Source: an uncultured Acidobacteriota bacterium
GTDB lineage: Bacteria; Acidobacteriota; JAQAZP01
Reading direction: 5' to 3'
DNA length: 64,000 bases
Assembly (NCBI GenBank): GCA_963836075.1
Contig: CAWIIB010000001.1
Coordinates: 1,888,001 to 1,952,000, forward strand
Shown here one piece after another: positions 39,494-49,115 of the stretch. Under the pieces are notes generated by a model. The model saw only the letters and a list, made by a program, of their open reading frames with translations, ran no database searches and was not told where the DNA came from. Every line of letters begins with the position of its first letter. The stretch's first letter is position 1. The position numbers were made by a program, and so were the translations under genes.

Positions 39494-41092
39494 TCACGGC
39501 GCGATTCCCGTCACAGTGCAGGTGGACGTGTCGGTGTCACCCGACGGCGGGTAAGGCGACTGGTTATAGGGCGCAGGCGTTACGTCCTCGGCCACCAGAG
39601 TAAAGGTGTTCTCGCCCACGATCTGGGGCAGCATGGGAATGATGCTGTTGAAGGCGATAACGATGAAGTCATCCGGTCCGATAGTAACGGTGCCTGCTTT
39701 CCAGTTCGGGATCTGCAGGCCGCCGGCGAGGGCTACGTCGATCTGGGCGGCAAAGGTGCGTTCGGACTCGATGTAGTTGTTGGACAGCAGAACGCCGAAC
39801 TGCACCGGGAAGGGCAAGGTGCCCGACGCTGGGCGGCAGGCAAGTTTTGAGCTGACCGATTTCCAGGGGTAGTGGAACCCCATGTCCACCACAAATGCAT
39901 CGTGGACGTGGTCGGTGCGGGTGGTGCCCCAGATCATCTCGCTGTCCGGGTCGCCGCTGTCCAGGCAGGGGCTGTCCGCACCCTGCCCGGCGGCTATCTG
40001 GGAGAGGTAGTAATCGCCCAGGGGCCCGCCGGTCAACAGCGAATCGTCATCGATCATGCCCGGCCCCCAGTCAAGCTCGCACCCCGGCTCGAGCACCACA
40101 GTGTCCGGCCCGCCTTCCAGGTTGCTGTGATGGATCGACAGCGTCAGCGAGTAGCCAATGTAATGAATCATGTAGGCCTGTTCACCGGTCGTCGAACTGT
40201 TGTCCCGGATGATCGAGTTCACGATGAGCAGAGAGCCGTCGAAGCTGCATATGGCGCCGCCGTATTGTGGCGACTCGTTGCCAACGATGGTGTTGTTGAC
40301 CAGGGTGATCTCGCTGTCCACCACGAGAATGGCGCCGCCGCCGAACCCGCCGGTGGAGGTCACGGCGTTGCCCGTGATCAGGTTGTTGACCACCAACGGA
40401 TCACTGTAGTATCCGCTGCCGATAGCGCCGCCTCCTAACTCGGCCTGATTGTCGACGATCAGGTTGTGGCTGATGACGGGAGACCAGGAATCGGTACAGT
40501 GGATGGCCCCGTTGAAATCGGCCCAGTTTCCGCTGAACGTGTTGCGGGTGATCAGGGCATTGCTCTCGTAGATATAAATGGCGCCGCCCTGGTCCCCCCC
40601 GTCGTTCCCGGTGAACAGATTGCTTGTGATCAGGGGGTCCGCGCCGTAATCCTCGCAGGAGATGGCCCCGCCGCCGTTTTCGGCGACGCACCCGCTGAAG
40701 ACGTTGTCCCTGATGGTGGGGGATGCCGAGAGGCAGAGGATGGCCCCGCCGCGGTACCCATTGCCGTTGATGATGGTGAACCCCTGGAGCACCGATCCGT
40801 TGTCCTCGCCGGTCTGGAAGATGAAGGCCCGGTCCCCTTTCAGGCAATCGATCAGGCAGGAGGAAGCCCCCTCCGCCGAGGCCACGGTGATCGACTTGCC
40901 CAGGAAGTCGATGTTGCAGTTGCCGGGGCCCGTGTAAGTGCCGTCCGCCACCAGTACAGTGTCACCGTGCACCGCAGCATCGATGCCCGCCTGGATGGTG
41001 GGCTGGTCGCTCGGGACATGGATGACTGAGCCAATGGCCACAACTGGCAGACAAACGAATATGATGGCCAGACTCGTCACTGTTTTGAGCAT
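39494..41092 (-). CDS. Secreted right-handed beta-helix (GGAI repeat) protein + shared CTD
   Basis: Signal peptide MLKTVTSLAII; GGAI/FxxN repeats; CTD. Confidence 0.88.
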   Translation of the reverse strand: MLKTVTSLAIIFVCLPVVAIGSVIHVPSDQPTIQAGIDAAVHGDTVLVADGTYTGPGNCNIDFLGKSITVASAEGASSCLIDCLKGDRAFIFQTGEDNGSVLQGFTIINGNGYRGGAILCLSASPTIRDNVFSGCVAENGGGAISCEDYGADPLITSNLFTGNDGGDQGGAIYIYESNALITRNTFSGNWADFNGAIHCTDSWSPVISHNLIVDNQAELGGGAIGSGYYSDPLVVNNLITGNAVTSTGGFGGGAILVVDSEITLVNNTIVGNESPQYGGAICSFDGSLLIVNSIIRDNSSTTGEQAYMIHYIGYSLTLSIHHSNLEGGPDTVVLEPGCELDWGPGMIDDDSLLTGGPLGDYYLSQIAAGQGADSPCLDSGDPDSEMIWGTTRTDHVHDAFVVDMGFHYPWKSVSSKLACRPASGTLPFPVQFGVLLSNNYIESERTFAAQIDVALAGGLQIPNWKAGTVTIGPDDFIVIAFNSIIPMLPQIVGENTFTLVAEDVTPAPYNQSPYPPSGDTDTSTCTVTGIAP

Positions 41093-41170
41093 GGTAGCTG
41101 CCTCTTTTGGTTGAATATATAGTGAGATTGGATACCGGAATTAGAGTGAATCCAATACATTTATGAAATG

Positions 41171-41199
41171 AATATAATTTCTTTCAATAAAATGGGCAA
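41171..41199 (-). promoter_or_regulatory. sigma70-type promoter TTGCCC-17-TATATT
   Basis: Exact spacing. Confidence 0.7.
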
Positions 41200-41353
41200 G
41201 TGGGTCGTCGAGGACATGCAGCCGGTGACCATGACCTGCTAACGATGTATACAATTTAACCTGTTGAATACAAAGGACGGACGTTTATAACTAGTCGGCT
41301 TTTTGGCTACCGTGCCTCAACGAATTGATAAATTCGCCGAATTACATCGCTAC

Positions 41354-42952
41354 TCACGGCGCGAACCCCGTCACCGTGCAAGTGGCCGTAGCGGTATCGC
41401 CGGCCGGCGGATAGGGCGGCTGGTTGTAGGGCGCGGACGTCACGTCCTCGACCACCAGCGTGAATACGTTGCTGCCGATGGTGAATCCCAGCGCCGGAAT
41501 CGTTGTATTCCAGCGAGTCTGGATTCCGCTGCCCGCGGCCACGTTGAAGTATCCGGCCCGCCAGTCGGGAAAGGACCGACCGCTGGCGAGCGTAACATCG
41601 AGGCGGCCGGAAATAATACGCGACCAACCGTTGTAGTTGTTGAATATCCGGACATTCATGTTGGTCTGGAATGGCACAACGCCGGCTTGCGGTTCACACT
41701 GCAACTCAGCGAAGATGGTTCCGCATTCGATGGCCGAGACACCGAAAAAGTAAACCGACCCTGAATAGGAGCCGTTGTCGTCATCATCCCGTGCCCCGAC
41801 CATGACAATGTCGCCGGAGAGGGCGACGGAGTGGCCGAAGTGGTCATCAGCCTGCCCGTCGGAGGCGAGCAGCTGGGCCTCCTCGTTCCAGCCGCTGCCG
41901 TCGTACTTGAAGATTCGCACCGAACCGGCATCGTGAGCCCGGTCGTCGTCATACCGAATCCCGACGAGTGCAAGGTCGCCTGAGATGGATGTGGACATGC
42001 CGAACCAGTCTCCGGCCGCCGCTCCCGCAGCGGTCAATTTGGCTTCCTCGACCCAACCGCCGCCGTCATAGCGAAAGACATAGGCCGATCCCGAGTCGGG
42101 ACCGTTGTCGTCGTCCCATGTCGCTGCGATCAGGGCGATGTCGCTGGAGAGGGAGATTTGATTTCCGAATCCGTCTGCCGCCGCCCCGTCGGCGGCGGTC
42201 AGCTTGGCCTCCTCGACCCACCCGCTGCCGTCGTGGCGGAAGACATACACCGATCCCGAGTCGGTGCCGTTGTCGTCGTCATTCATCGCCCCGATCAGGG
42301 CCGTATCACCGGAGAGAGAGCCTCTACTGCCGAACGAGTCCCCTGCCGCCCCATCGGCGGCGGTCAGCTTGGCCTCCTCGACCCAGGTGTTGCCGTCGTA
42401 CTTGAAGATGTAGGCCGACCCCGAGTCGGTGCCGTTGTCATCGTCGCCCATCGCCCCGATCAGGGCTGTATCACCGAAGAGAGAGACATTAATACCGAAG
42501 AAGTCCCCCGCCGACCCGTCGGAGGCGGTCAGCTTGGCTTCCTCGACCCACCCACTGCCGTCGAAGCGGAAAATATAGGCCGACCCCGAGTCGGTACCGT
42601 TGTCATCGTCGCGCCCCGACCCCACCAGGGCAATGTTGCCAAAAAGGGCGTTGGGACCGCCAAAGTGATCATCCGCCGCCCCGTCGGAGGCGGTCAGCTT
42701 GGTTTCTTCGACCCATTCAATGCCATCGCGATGGTAGACATACACCGACCCCGAGTCGGTGCCGTTGTCGTCGTCGCGCCATGCCCCGACCAGGCCGAAT
42801 TCGCCGGAGATGGAGACGGAACTTCCGAACAAATCACTCACAGCCCCGTCGGAGGCGATCCGCTTGGCCAGTTCACAGGAAACCTGGTCGGCCGGAACCG
42901 CCACGGGCACCAACAGAAAAGCTGTAACAAGCAACACTCCAATCCTGTTCAT
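41354..42952 (-). CDS. Secreted FG-GAP (integrin-alpha-like) 7-repeat beta-propeller + shared CTD
   Basis: Seven EEAKLTAxDGAAGDxFG..ALIGA..DDDNGTDSGSAY repeats; CTD. Confidence 0.88.
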   Translation of the reverse strand: MNRIGVLLVTAFLLVPVAVPADQVSCELAKRIASDGAVSDLFGSSVSISGEFGLVGAWRDDDNGTDSGSVYVYHRDGIEWVEETKLTASDGAADDHFGGPNALFGNIALVGSGRDDDNGTDSGSAYIFRFDGSGWVEEAKLTASDGSAGDFFGINVSLFGDTALIGAMGDDDNGTDSGSAYIFKYDGNTWVEEAKLTAADGAAGDSFGSRGSLSGDTALIGAMNDDDNGTDSGSVYVFRHDGSGWVEEAKLTAADGAAADGFGNQISLSSDIALIAATWDDDNGPDSGSAYVFRYDGGGWVEEAKLTAAGAAAGDWFGMSTSISGDLALVGIRYDDDRAHDAGSVRIFKYDGSGWNEEAQLLASDGQADDHFGHSVALSGDIVMVGARDDDDNGSYSGSVYFFGVSAIECGTIFAELQCEPQAGVVPFQTNMNVRIFNNYNGWSRIISGRLDVTLASGRSFPDWRAGYFNVAAGSGIQTRWNTTIPALGFTIGSNVFTLVVEDVTSAPYNQPPYPPAGDTATATCTVTGFAP

Positions 42953-43128
42953 GACACGTCCCCCCCGCCCTCCGGGTTTTCCATCCATCCGCGGATGACC
43001 TGTGGGCGGTCGCCATCATTCATGGACCATGAGGGATTCCCCCCGGAATCTCGCCTGAGCCCCATCGCACCGCTTACAATTGTTGAAGTGAAAACCGACA
43101 AGGGAGAAATCCCAGATTCCCATGGATG

Positions 43129-43157
43129 AATCTAGAGCTTATCATTCGTAAAATCAA
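43129..43157 (-). promoter_or_regulatory. sigma70-type promoter TTGATT-17-TAGATT
   Basis: Exact spacing upstream of 42952. Confidence 0.5.
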
Positions 43158-43313
43158 TGACTATTTCACTCGCCATCATATCCGATCAGGAACTGTCGAT
43201 CTGGAGCACTGTGGCCGAGGGGGTTCGGGTTGCGACCGGCGTCCCCACCCTGCTGATGATGTGATCTCCCGATCACCAGTTGGGTCGGATCGATTGGCTG
43301 GACAGCCTCACGC

Positions 43314-43676
43314 TCACTCGTCCCGGTGCACGGTGTCCGGTGAGAAGGCGGGCAGGCAGACGGCCACGTATTCGGCGCCCCCCGGCTCCGGGGTACCGTA
43401 TCGGACCCACTCGCCGGGTGCGGTGACCACCGCCTGCCCGGCACGCACCTCGATGACGCCGTCTCTGTGCTCCACTCTGAGCATTCCGGCGAGCACAACG
43501 GTGATCTCTTCAAACTCCGGGGACTGACCCGGTTCCACCCAGCCTTCGGGCGAGGTCATTCTGGCTACGCTCACCGACCGGTGGCCGGAGTTGACCCGGC
43601 CGGCATACTCCTCGATCAGCTTTGGTTTGGTGCCGGCGGCCTCGATTGTTGCCGGCTGCTCGATCAGTCTGGGCAT
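43314..43676 (-). CDS. Cupin domain protein
   Basis: GGAGG RBS; KPKLIEEYAGRVN, GWVEPGQSPEFEE, WVRYGTP, YVAVCLPAFSP typical of a conserved small cupin family. Confidence 0.85.
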   Translation of the reverse strand: MPRLIEQPATIEAAGTKPKLIEEYAGRVNSGHRSVSVARMTSPEGWVEPGQSPEFEEITVVLAGMLRVEHRDGVIEVRAGQAVVTAPGEWVRYGTPEPGGAEYVAVCLPAFSPDTVHRDE

Positions 43677-43720
43677 GGTCGCCTCCTCCTGATGTGGAAT
43701 GATGCGCCATTGTACACGAG

Positions 43721-43744
43721 ACGGCCCGCCGCGGGGCGGGCCGT
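43721..43744 (-). terminator. GC-rich hairpin after response regulator
   Basis: ACGGCCCGCC/GGCGGGCCGT 10-bp stem; weak U-tract. Confidence 0.45.
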
Positions 43745-43768
43745 TGTGTTTCGGCTATTGATTCGGGC

Positions 43769-44152
43769 TCAGGCCGTCAATTCGTCAACCAGTGCGAGAA
43801 ACTTATCCACGTCGATCGGCTTGGCCAGGTAGCCCTCGGGGGGCGGCACGCTCTTGCGGCTGGAGATGAACTTCTCGAAGTCGTCGGCCACACCGGTGAT
43901 GATGATCACCGGTACGCCCTTCATCTCTTCCATGCCCTTGATCTCGCGGTAGAGCCGCACGCCCGATTTCTCCGGCATGGTGATGTCGAGGGTGACCAGG
44001 TCGGGCACCGACTCCTTCAGCCGGGCCATGCCTTCTTCGCCGTTGCGGGCGATGACGGTCTCGAAGCCCTTGTCCTCCAGCACGGTGGAAAAGTAGGTAC
44101 AGGTGTCCGGCTCGTCATCCACGATCAGGACCGTTTTCTTCGCTTCACTCAT
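43769..44152 (-). CDS. Single-domain response regulator
   Basis: LIVDDE, LDITMP (phospho-Asp), ITG, YLAKP. Confidence 0.92.
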   Translation of the reverse strand: MSEAKKTVLIVDDEPDTCTYFSTVLEDKGFETVIARNGEEGMARLKESVPDLVTLDITMPEKSGVRLYREIKGMEEMKGVPVIIITGVADDFEKFISSRKSVPPPEGYLAKPIDVDKFLALVDELTA

Positions 44153-44317
44153 CTTTCACCTCCACCACGATGCATCAGACGGCGGGCCGGTCAGCCGGGT
44201 CCTTCGTCCTTTCAAGAATATAAGAGATCATGAATGCCGGAGTCGTTACTGCCGCCGGAAGGCCGGCAAAGTCTATGAAACCTAGTCTAACACAGCAGAA
44301 CCCCGGGTAACACCTGT

Positions 44318-45772
44318 TCAGACCACGTTGAGATCGCCAAACTCACCTTCTAAGGCGTCCTCGTCCTTCATCGGACGGTTCCGCGGGATGGTGACGATGA
44401 ACTTCGTCCCCTTGCCCGATTCCGAGTCGAGGGTGATCGACCCGCCGTGGGCCTGGGCGATCTTGTTGGAGATGAACAGTCCCAGACCGGTTCCCTCCGC
44501 CCCCTTGGAGGAGAAGAAGAGGCTGAACGCCTTCTCCCGGGTCTCGCCGTCCATACCGATGCCGTTGTCCTCGATCTCGAACCGCACGTGGTCGATACCG
44601 CCGCCAACGCTGAGCTTCACCAGGTGGGTCTTCTCCTGCTTGTCCAGGCGGCAGGCGTCCAGCGAGTTCTCGGCCAGGTTGATCAGCAGGGTGCGCACCG
44701 CCTTGGCGTCGCCTTCGAAGTTACCCGTTTCCGGGTCGATGGCGGTTTTCAGTTCCACGCCCTGCTCGGCGGCCTTGTCGGCCATGACCCCGCGAACCTC
44801 CTCCATCACATCCGCTGCGGCGAGGTGCTCCCAGTTGGGCTCGCGGTCCTTGGCATAGTAGAGGATGTCCAGCACCATGCTGCGGATGCGGCCCACGTTG
44901 CGCAGCACGATGTCCCAGCCCTTCTCCACCCGCTGCGGGTTGTCCTTTTTCAGGCCGTTGTTCACCAGGTAGATCCCGCCGTCGAGGCCGTTGATCAGGC
45001 CCTTGAGGCCGTGGGAGATGGAGCTGATCAGCAGGCCGATGGAGGTGAGCTGCGACTGAAGCTCGCGGATGCGGGTGATGTCGGCCCCCATCTCCATCAC
45101 GCCGCTGATCTCGCCCTCGGGGTTGCGGATCGGAGCGGTGTGCACCAGCACGTTGAGCAGTTTGCCGTCCTTGGAGGTGACCACCTCCTCGTGGACCCGG
45201 CGCTTGCCGTCACGGAAGGTGTCCTGGACCATGCAGGGGTAGCACTCCTCGTCGCGGCGCTTGTAGATCTCGTAGCACTTGCGGCCCAGGCAGCGGCCAA
45301 AGGTCTCCTTCAGCGCCTTGTTCGAGTCGTAGATGTTCAGCTCGCGGTCCTGGATCGAAATGTAGCAGGGCACTTCCTCGAACAGGGTGTGGTAGCGCTG
45401 CTGGCTGGCCCTGAGGCGCTTCTGCAGCGACTTCATCTCGGTGACGTCGGTGGACATCTCCAGCACGCTGGTGATCTCGCCGTTCTCGTCGCGGATCGGC
45501 TTGGTGTAGACCAGCACCGAGACCTCGGTGCCGTCCACACAGGTCACCGTCTCCTCGCTGCTGTGGCGCTGGCCGTCGGTGAAGGTCTTCATCACCGGGC
45601 AGACCTCGCAGCGCTCGGCCCGGTGCTTGTAAATCTGGTAGCAGTAGCGGCCCTCGAAGTCGCCGAAATCCTGGCGGAAACGGTCGTTGGCCGTGACGAT
45701 CTTCAGGTCGCGGTCCTGCACCGTCAGATACCCGGGCACCGCGTCGAAGTAGTCCTTGTATGGAAGCTCCAT
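44318..45772 (-). CDS. Cytoplasmic PAS-PAS sensor histidine kinase
   Basis: Two Cys-rich PAS domains; SISHGLKG H-box; NLAENSLDA, DNGIGM, GTGLGL. Confidence 0.92.
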   Translation of the reverse strand: MELPYKDYFDAVPGYLTVQDRDLKIVTANDRFRQDFGDFEGRYCYQIYKHRAERCEVCPVMKTFTDGQRHSSEETVTCVDGTEVSVLVYTKPIRDENGEITSVLEMSTDVTEMKSLQKRLRASQQRYHTLFEEVPCYISIQDRELNIYDSNKALKETFGRCLGRKCYEIYKRRDEECYPCMVQDTFRDGKRRVHEEVVTSKDGKLLNVLVHTAPIRNPEGEISGVMEMGADITRIRELQSQLTSIGLLISSISHGLKGLINGLDGGIYLVNNGLKKDNPQRVEKGWDIVLRNVGRIRSMVLDILYYAKDREPNWEHLAAADVMEEVRGVMADKAAEQGVELKTAIDPETGNFEGDAKAVRTLLINLAENSLDACRLDKQEKTHLVKLSVGGGIDHVRFEIEDNGIGMDGETREKAFSLFFSSKGAEGTGLGLFISNKIAQAHGGSITLDSESGKGTKFIVTIPRNRPMKDEDALEGEFGDLNVV

Positions 45773-45804
45773 GGGTCCCCTCCGTGCGACTGCGATCCTC
45801 CCGA

Positions 45805-47560
45805 CTAATTCAGTTCGAGGATCTTGCGCACGTTGAACAGCAGTGTCTCCTCGTCACGGCTTGTCCAGGTAGCCCTCCGGCGCCGCCACGGAGCGGTCGT
45901 AGATCAGGCTGGCGCAGCTCGGGCCGGCCGGTGATCGATGCAGATCTTCGGGTGTCGGCCAGTTCCTCGTCCTTGCGGATCACCTCGAAGACCTCGCCCG
46001 CCGTCCTTGCCCGGCATGGCCAGGTCCAGGGTCACCAGGTCCGGCTTCTCGCGGCGCACCATCTCGAGGGCTTCGTCGCCGTTGGTGGCCTCGAAGACCG
46101 TGGCCCCGTTGTCCTCCAGCACCGTGGTGAAGAAGACCTGATGTCCGGCTCGTCGTCCACCACCAGGATCTTCTTCCCGGCGAGGGGCAAGGCCACCGGT
46201 TCGGCAGCCACTTCAGCGGACCACTTCGGCCTCGGGCTCCACCGCGGCGGGCATTCTCGTCGATGACCAGGGCGTTGGCCACCAGGTTCACCAGCTGGGT
46301 GACCTCCATGTCCAGCTTGTAGTGGCGGATCAGGTCGGTCAGCCCGTCCACGCAGTTGTGGCAGGAGGTGACCACCACCTTGGCCCCGGTGGCCTTGAGC
46401 TGGTCCGCCTTGACCTTGGCCGACTTCAGCCGCTGCGGGGTGTACTCCGACATGGACATGGCCCCGCCGCCGCCGGTGCAGCAGAAGTTCTCGGCGCGGT
46501 TGGGGTACATCTCGCGGAAGTCGGTGACACACGAGGTTCAGCAGCTCGCGCGGCTCCTCGAACAGACCGCAGCTGCGGGCGTTGTTGCAGGAATCGTGGA
46601 AGGTCACCGGCTCGGTGTTCTTGGTCTTGTCGACCTTGATCTTGCCCTCCTTGATGTAGCGGAGCATGGTGTCGACCGAGCTCTCCATCACGAAGGGCAC
46701 GTCGCGCTTGCCCCAGTTGGGACCCTCGCAACGGGTGGAGCGGTAGCCGTGGCCGCACTCGGAGATCACCAGCTTCTTGCCCCGCAGCTCCTCGACCTTC
46801 TCGTACAGCCGGCGGGCCACCGCACCGCCCAGGTCGTCGTCGCCGGAGAAGAGGCCGAAGTTGGTCATGTCCCAGCCCTCGCTGGGCATGGTCCAGTTCT
46901 CGCCGGCCACGTGGAAGATCTTGGCCGCGTCGGCGATGGTCCGCGGGTCGTACTTCACTTCCCGGGGGTTGATCGAATAGACGACGTCGGCGTCCTCCTT
47001 GTCGACCGGGATCTTCACGTCGGGGTCGTCCAGCTCGTCCTGCAGCTCCTCCTCCATCCACTCCAGCGTGTCGAGGTAGTCCTCCTTGAGCACGCCCATC
47101 TGGTTGCCGATCTCCCACTGGTCCTTGCTGACCACCGCCACGCCCTCGGGCATGATGCCCACCGACACCAGCAGGCCCCGGGCCATGCGGTTGAAGGTGG
47201 CTAGGTCGACGCCCATCGGGCAGTTGATCGAGCAGCGGCGGCAGTTGGTGCACTTGCCGAAGACGATGTCTTTCAGCTCTTCCAGTTCCTCGTCGGTGTA
47301 GACGCTCTCCGCCTTGACCCACCAGGGGAACACCCGGCCGGTCCAGTCGAAGTGCCGCTTGAACAGCTTGCGGATCTTGTCCGCCTTGTATGCCGGCTGC
47401 GTAGGTCGGGATCGCCGGGGTTGGCCAGCACGTAGTGGCACGAGTCGGTGCACATGCCGCAGTGCACGCAGGCGACCAGCGAGCTGGCGATCTGCCGGTT
47501 GAGCTTCTGTTCCAGCCGTTCCAGGACTTTTGTTGCTTTATGTGATCTTTCCTTCGCCAT
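45805..47560 (-). pseudogene. HdrD/GlpC (TmcB/HmcF-like) Fe-S oxidoreductase fused to a C-terminal receiver domain; multiple frameshifts
   Basis: CVHCGMCTDSC, CTNCRRCSINCP, ISECGH, TFHDSC, FCCTGGGG, TSCHNC, then ILVVDDEPD..LDLAMP..GYLDKP..RKILELN*, spread over several frames (breaks ~47410, 46530, 46255, 46138, 45995 and further in the last 150 bp). Confidence 0.8.
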
Positions 47561-47612
47561 GTTCCTCTCCGGTTTGGGAAAAGGTTCCCGGTTCTGTCAG
47601 CTCATCAGCTCC

Positions 47613-48293
47613 TCACGCTTTCCCTCCGCGCACGATGGGGAAGACGCCCCGCCGGCCCAGGGTCTTTCCCAGGTAGTAGCGGGTGAAGGGGTAGTAGAGG
47701 TAGTGCGAGATCTTGCTGAACGGGACGTAGACCAGGAAGAAGGCCGTCATCCAGAAGTAGATCAGCAGTATGGTTTCTCCGCCGGCATGGTTGTTCGGTG
47801 CGGCCAGACCGGCAAAGAAAAACCAGACGGTGAGCAGGAACAGCGAGAAGTGGTCATCGGGGGTGCTGATCGCCCGCATGTGCTTCGATCCGAAACGGCG
47901 AAACACCCGGAGCAGCGCCACCAGGAAGGCGGCGAAGCAGAGCGCCTGGATCGTCTTGACCACGGCCGCCGACTCCAGCAGAGCCGGGGCGTAGGGGATG
48001 ATGAAGGAGAGCGCGATGGCCGCCACCACCCCCACGTGGAAAATGACGAACTGGATGTAGAGGAAGAACTTGGTCCTCGAACTCTCCATGGCCCAGGGCT
48101 GGGCGATGTTGAACCAGGAATAGAGGATGCTCGCCCTGGGCGTGGCGCTTCCCCGGGTGCCGGAGGGCGCTTGCCGCTCCTTGCCCGCCGGGAACTTCAT
48201 GATCCAGCGCAGACGCATGATGTAGACAATGGCCATGAAGAGCAGGGCGAATTCCTGCAGCCGGTGTGAGGCAAAGTGTAACGCTTCGCTCAT
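47613..48293 (-). CDS. NarI/TmcC/HmcE-like membrane cytochrome b subunit
   Basis: ~5 TM; IFHVG, ISTPDD, YVPFSKISHY (canonical PFSKxxH); ATGA coupling to macro gene. Confidence 0.8.
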   Translation of the reverse strand: MSEALHFASHRLQEFALLFMAIVYIMRLRWIMKFPAGKERQAPSGTRGSATPRASILYSWFNIAQPWAMESSRTKFFLYIQFVIFHVGVVAAIALSFIIPYAPALLESAAVVKTIQALCFAAFLVALLRVFRRFGSKHMRAISTPDDHFSLFLLTVWFFFAGLAAPNNHAGGETILLIYFWMTAFFLVYVPFSKISHYLYYPFTRYYLGKTLGRRGVFPIVRGGKA

Positions 48294-48844
48294 TGGTTTG
48301 ATCCTTCCCTTCCTTCGTTCAGGCCGTTGAGCGCCTCGGCAAAGGGCTCGTATTCCAGGGTGTCGATGACCCGGATGATGATTTCCTTCAGCTGGCCGCC
48401 GTTGTTTACATGGTCCCGGATCGTTTCCAGCATCACCTCGGCGCACATCGGCCGGGCGAGACCGTAAAACCCGGCGCCCATGGCGGGGAGGGCCAACTGC
48501 TTGAACCCCTTCTCCTCTGCCGCGGCCAGCGTGTTACGCACGGTCAGCGCCAGCTTCTCGTCCATGTCGGCCTCGAGAAACTTGGGGCCCACAGCATGGA
48601 TGATGTGACCGGCCTTCATGTTGCCCGCCTCGGTAACCACCGCATCACCAATCTGCTTCTCACCCAACTCGTCCAGCGCCTTCTGGATCGTCGGGCCGCC
48701 CCGTGTGGCAATGGCATTGCCGAACCCGGACATCAACTTCAGGTCCTCCCGGGCATAGAACACGAAGGCTTCCACCTCAAAATCGGTGATGTCTCCCTTT
48801 TCCAACTTCACCGTGCACCCGTTGATCTCTTTGGTAATAGACAT
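48290..48844 (-). CDS. Macro domain protein (divergent)
   Basis: KGDIT, GDAVVTEAG, IIHAVGP, LALPAMGAGFYG; lacks NAAN/GGG. Confidence 0.85.
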   Translation of the reverse strand: MSITKEINGCTVKLEKGDITDFEVEAFVFYAREDLKLMSGFGNAIATRGGPTIQKALDELGEKQIGDAVVTEAGNMKAGHIIHAVGPKFLEADMDEKLALTVRNTLAAAEEKGFKQLALPAMGAGFYGLARPMCAEVMLETIRDHVNNGGQLKEIIIRVIDTLEYEPFAEALNGLNEGREGSNQ

Positions 48845-48862
48845 CCCTTGCCCCTGTGTGAG

Positions 48863-49078
48863 TTAACCCTGATCGACATCCCACACCCCTTCGTCGAGGT
48901 GCAGGGCCCGTTCCTCCTCCGCCAGCCGTCGGAGCTTGTAGGCCATGTCCCGCAGAGTCCCGTAAAGGACACCGCAGCTGCGGTCCTTGCGCTCGTGGTC
49001 TCCCTCGTCGGCCAGCATCATCATCTCCCGCGACATTCGCAGGACCTTGACAATGTTCGTGTTTTGCGTTTCGGCCAT
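48863..49078 (-). CDS. Small helical hypothetical protein (71 aa)
   Basis: GAGGA RBS; LADEGD..SCGVLYGTLRDMAYKL; first gene after the sigma54 promoter. Confidence 0.7.
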   Translation of the reverse strand: MAETQNTNIVKVLRMSREMMMLADEGDHERKDRSCGVLYGTLRDMAYKLRRLAEEERALHLDEGVWDVDQG

Positions 49079-49115
49079 TGGTTCATCCTCTGTTGTTGAA
49101 ACCGGGGATATATAG

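Larger units (their letters stand above)
23252..43263. repeat. Dispersed 29-bp intergenic motif, consensus GCYGGyGgCCCcAcCCTGCTrAyGATGTr; copies at 23252, 27101, 28853, 30966, 34798, 36615, 39360, 41221, 43235 (degenerate at 24303)
   Basis: Manual alignment of intergenic regions; always the same orientation, downstream of minus-strand genes; span given is first to last copy. Confidence 0.8.

Noticed and set aside
41235-41263. Xer dif/pdif-like site (central TGTATA)
   Set aside because: The flanks do not match the XerD arm TTATGTTAAAT, and the hexamer is not conserved across copies.
27101-43263. Classical integron attC sites between array genes
   Set aside because: Only one copy contains GTTRRRY; the spacers lack RYYYAAC...GTTRRRY palindromic structure, the genes have their own promoters, and no intI is present in the window.
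46032-47453. Programmed frameshifting in the HdrD-REC gene
   Set aside because: Too many breaks and no consistent slippery sites; error or decay is more parsimonious.
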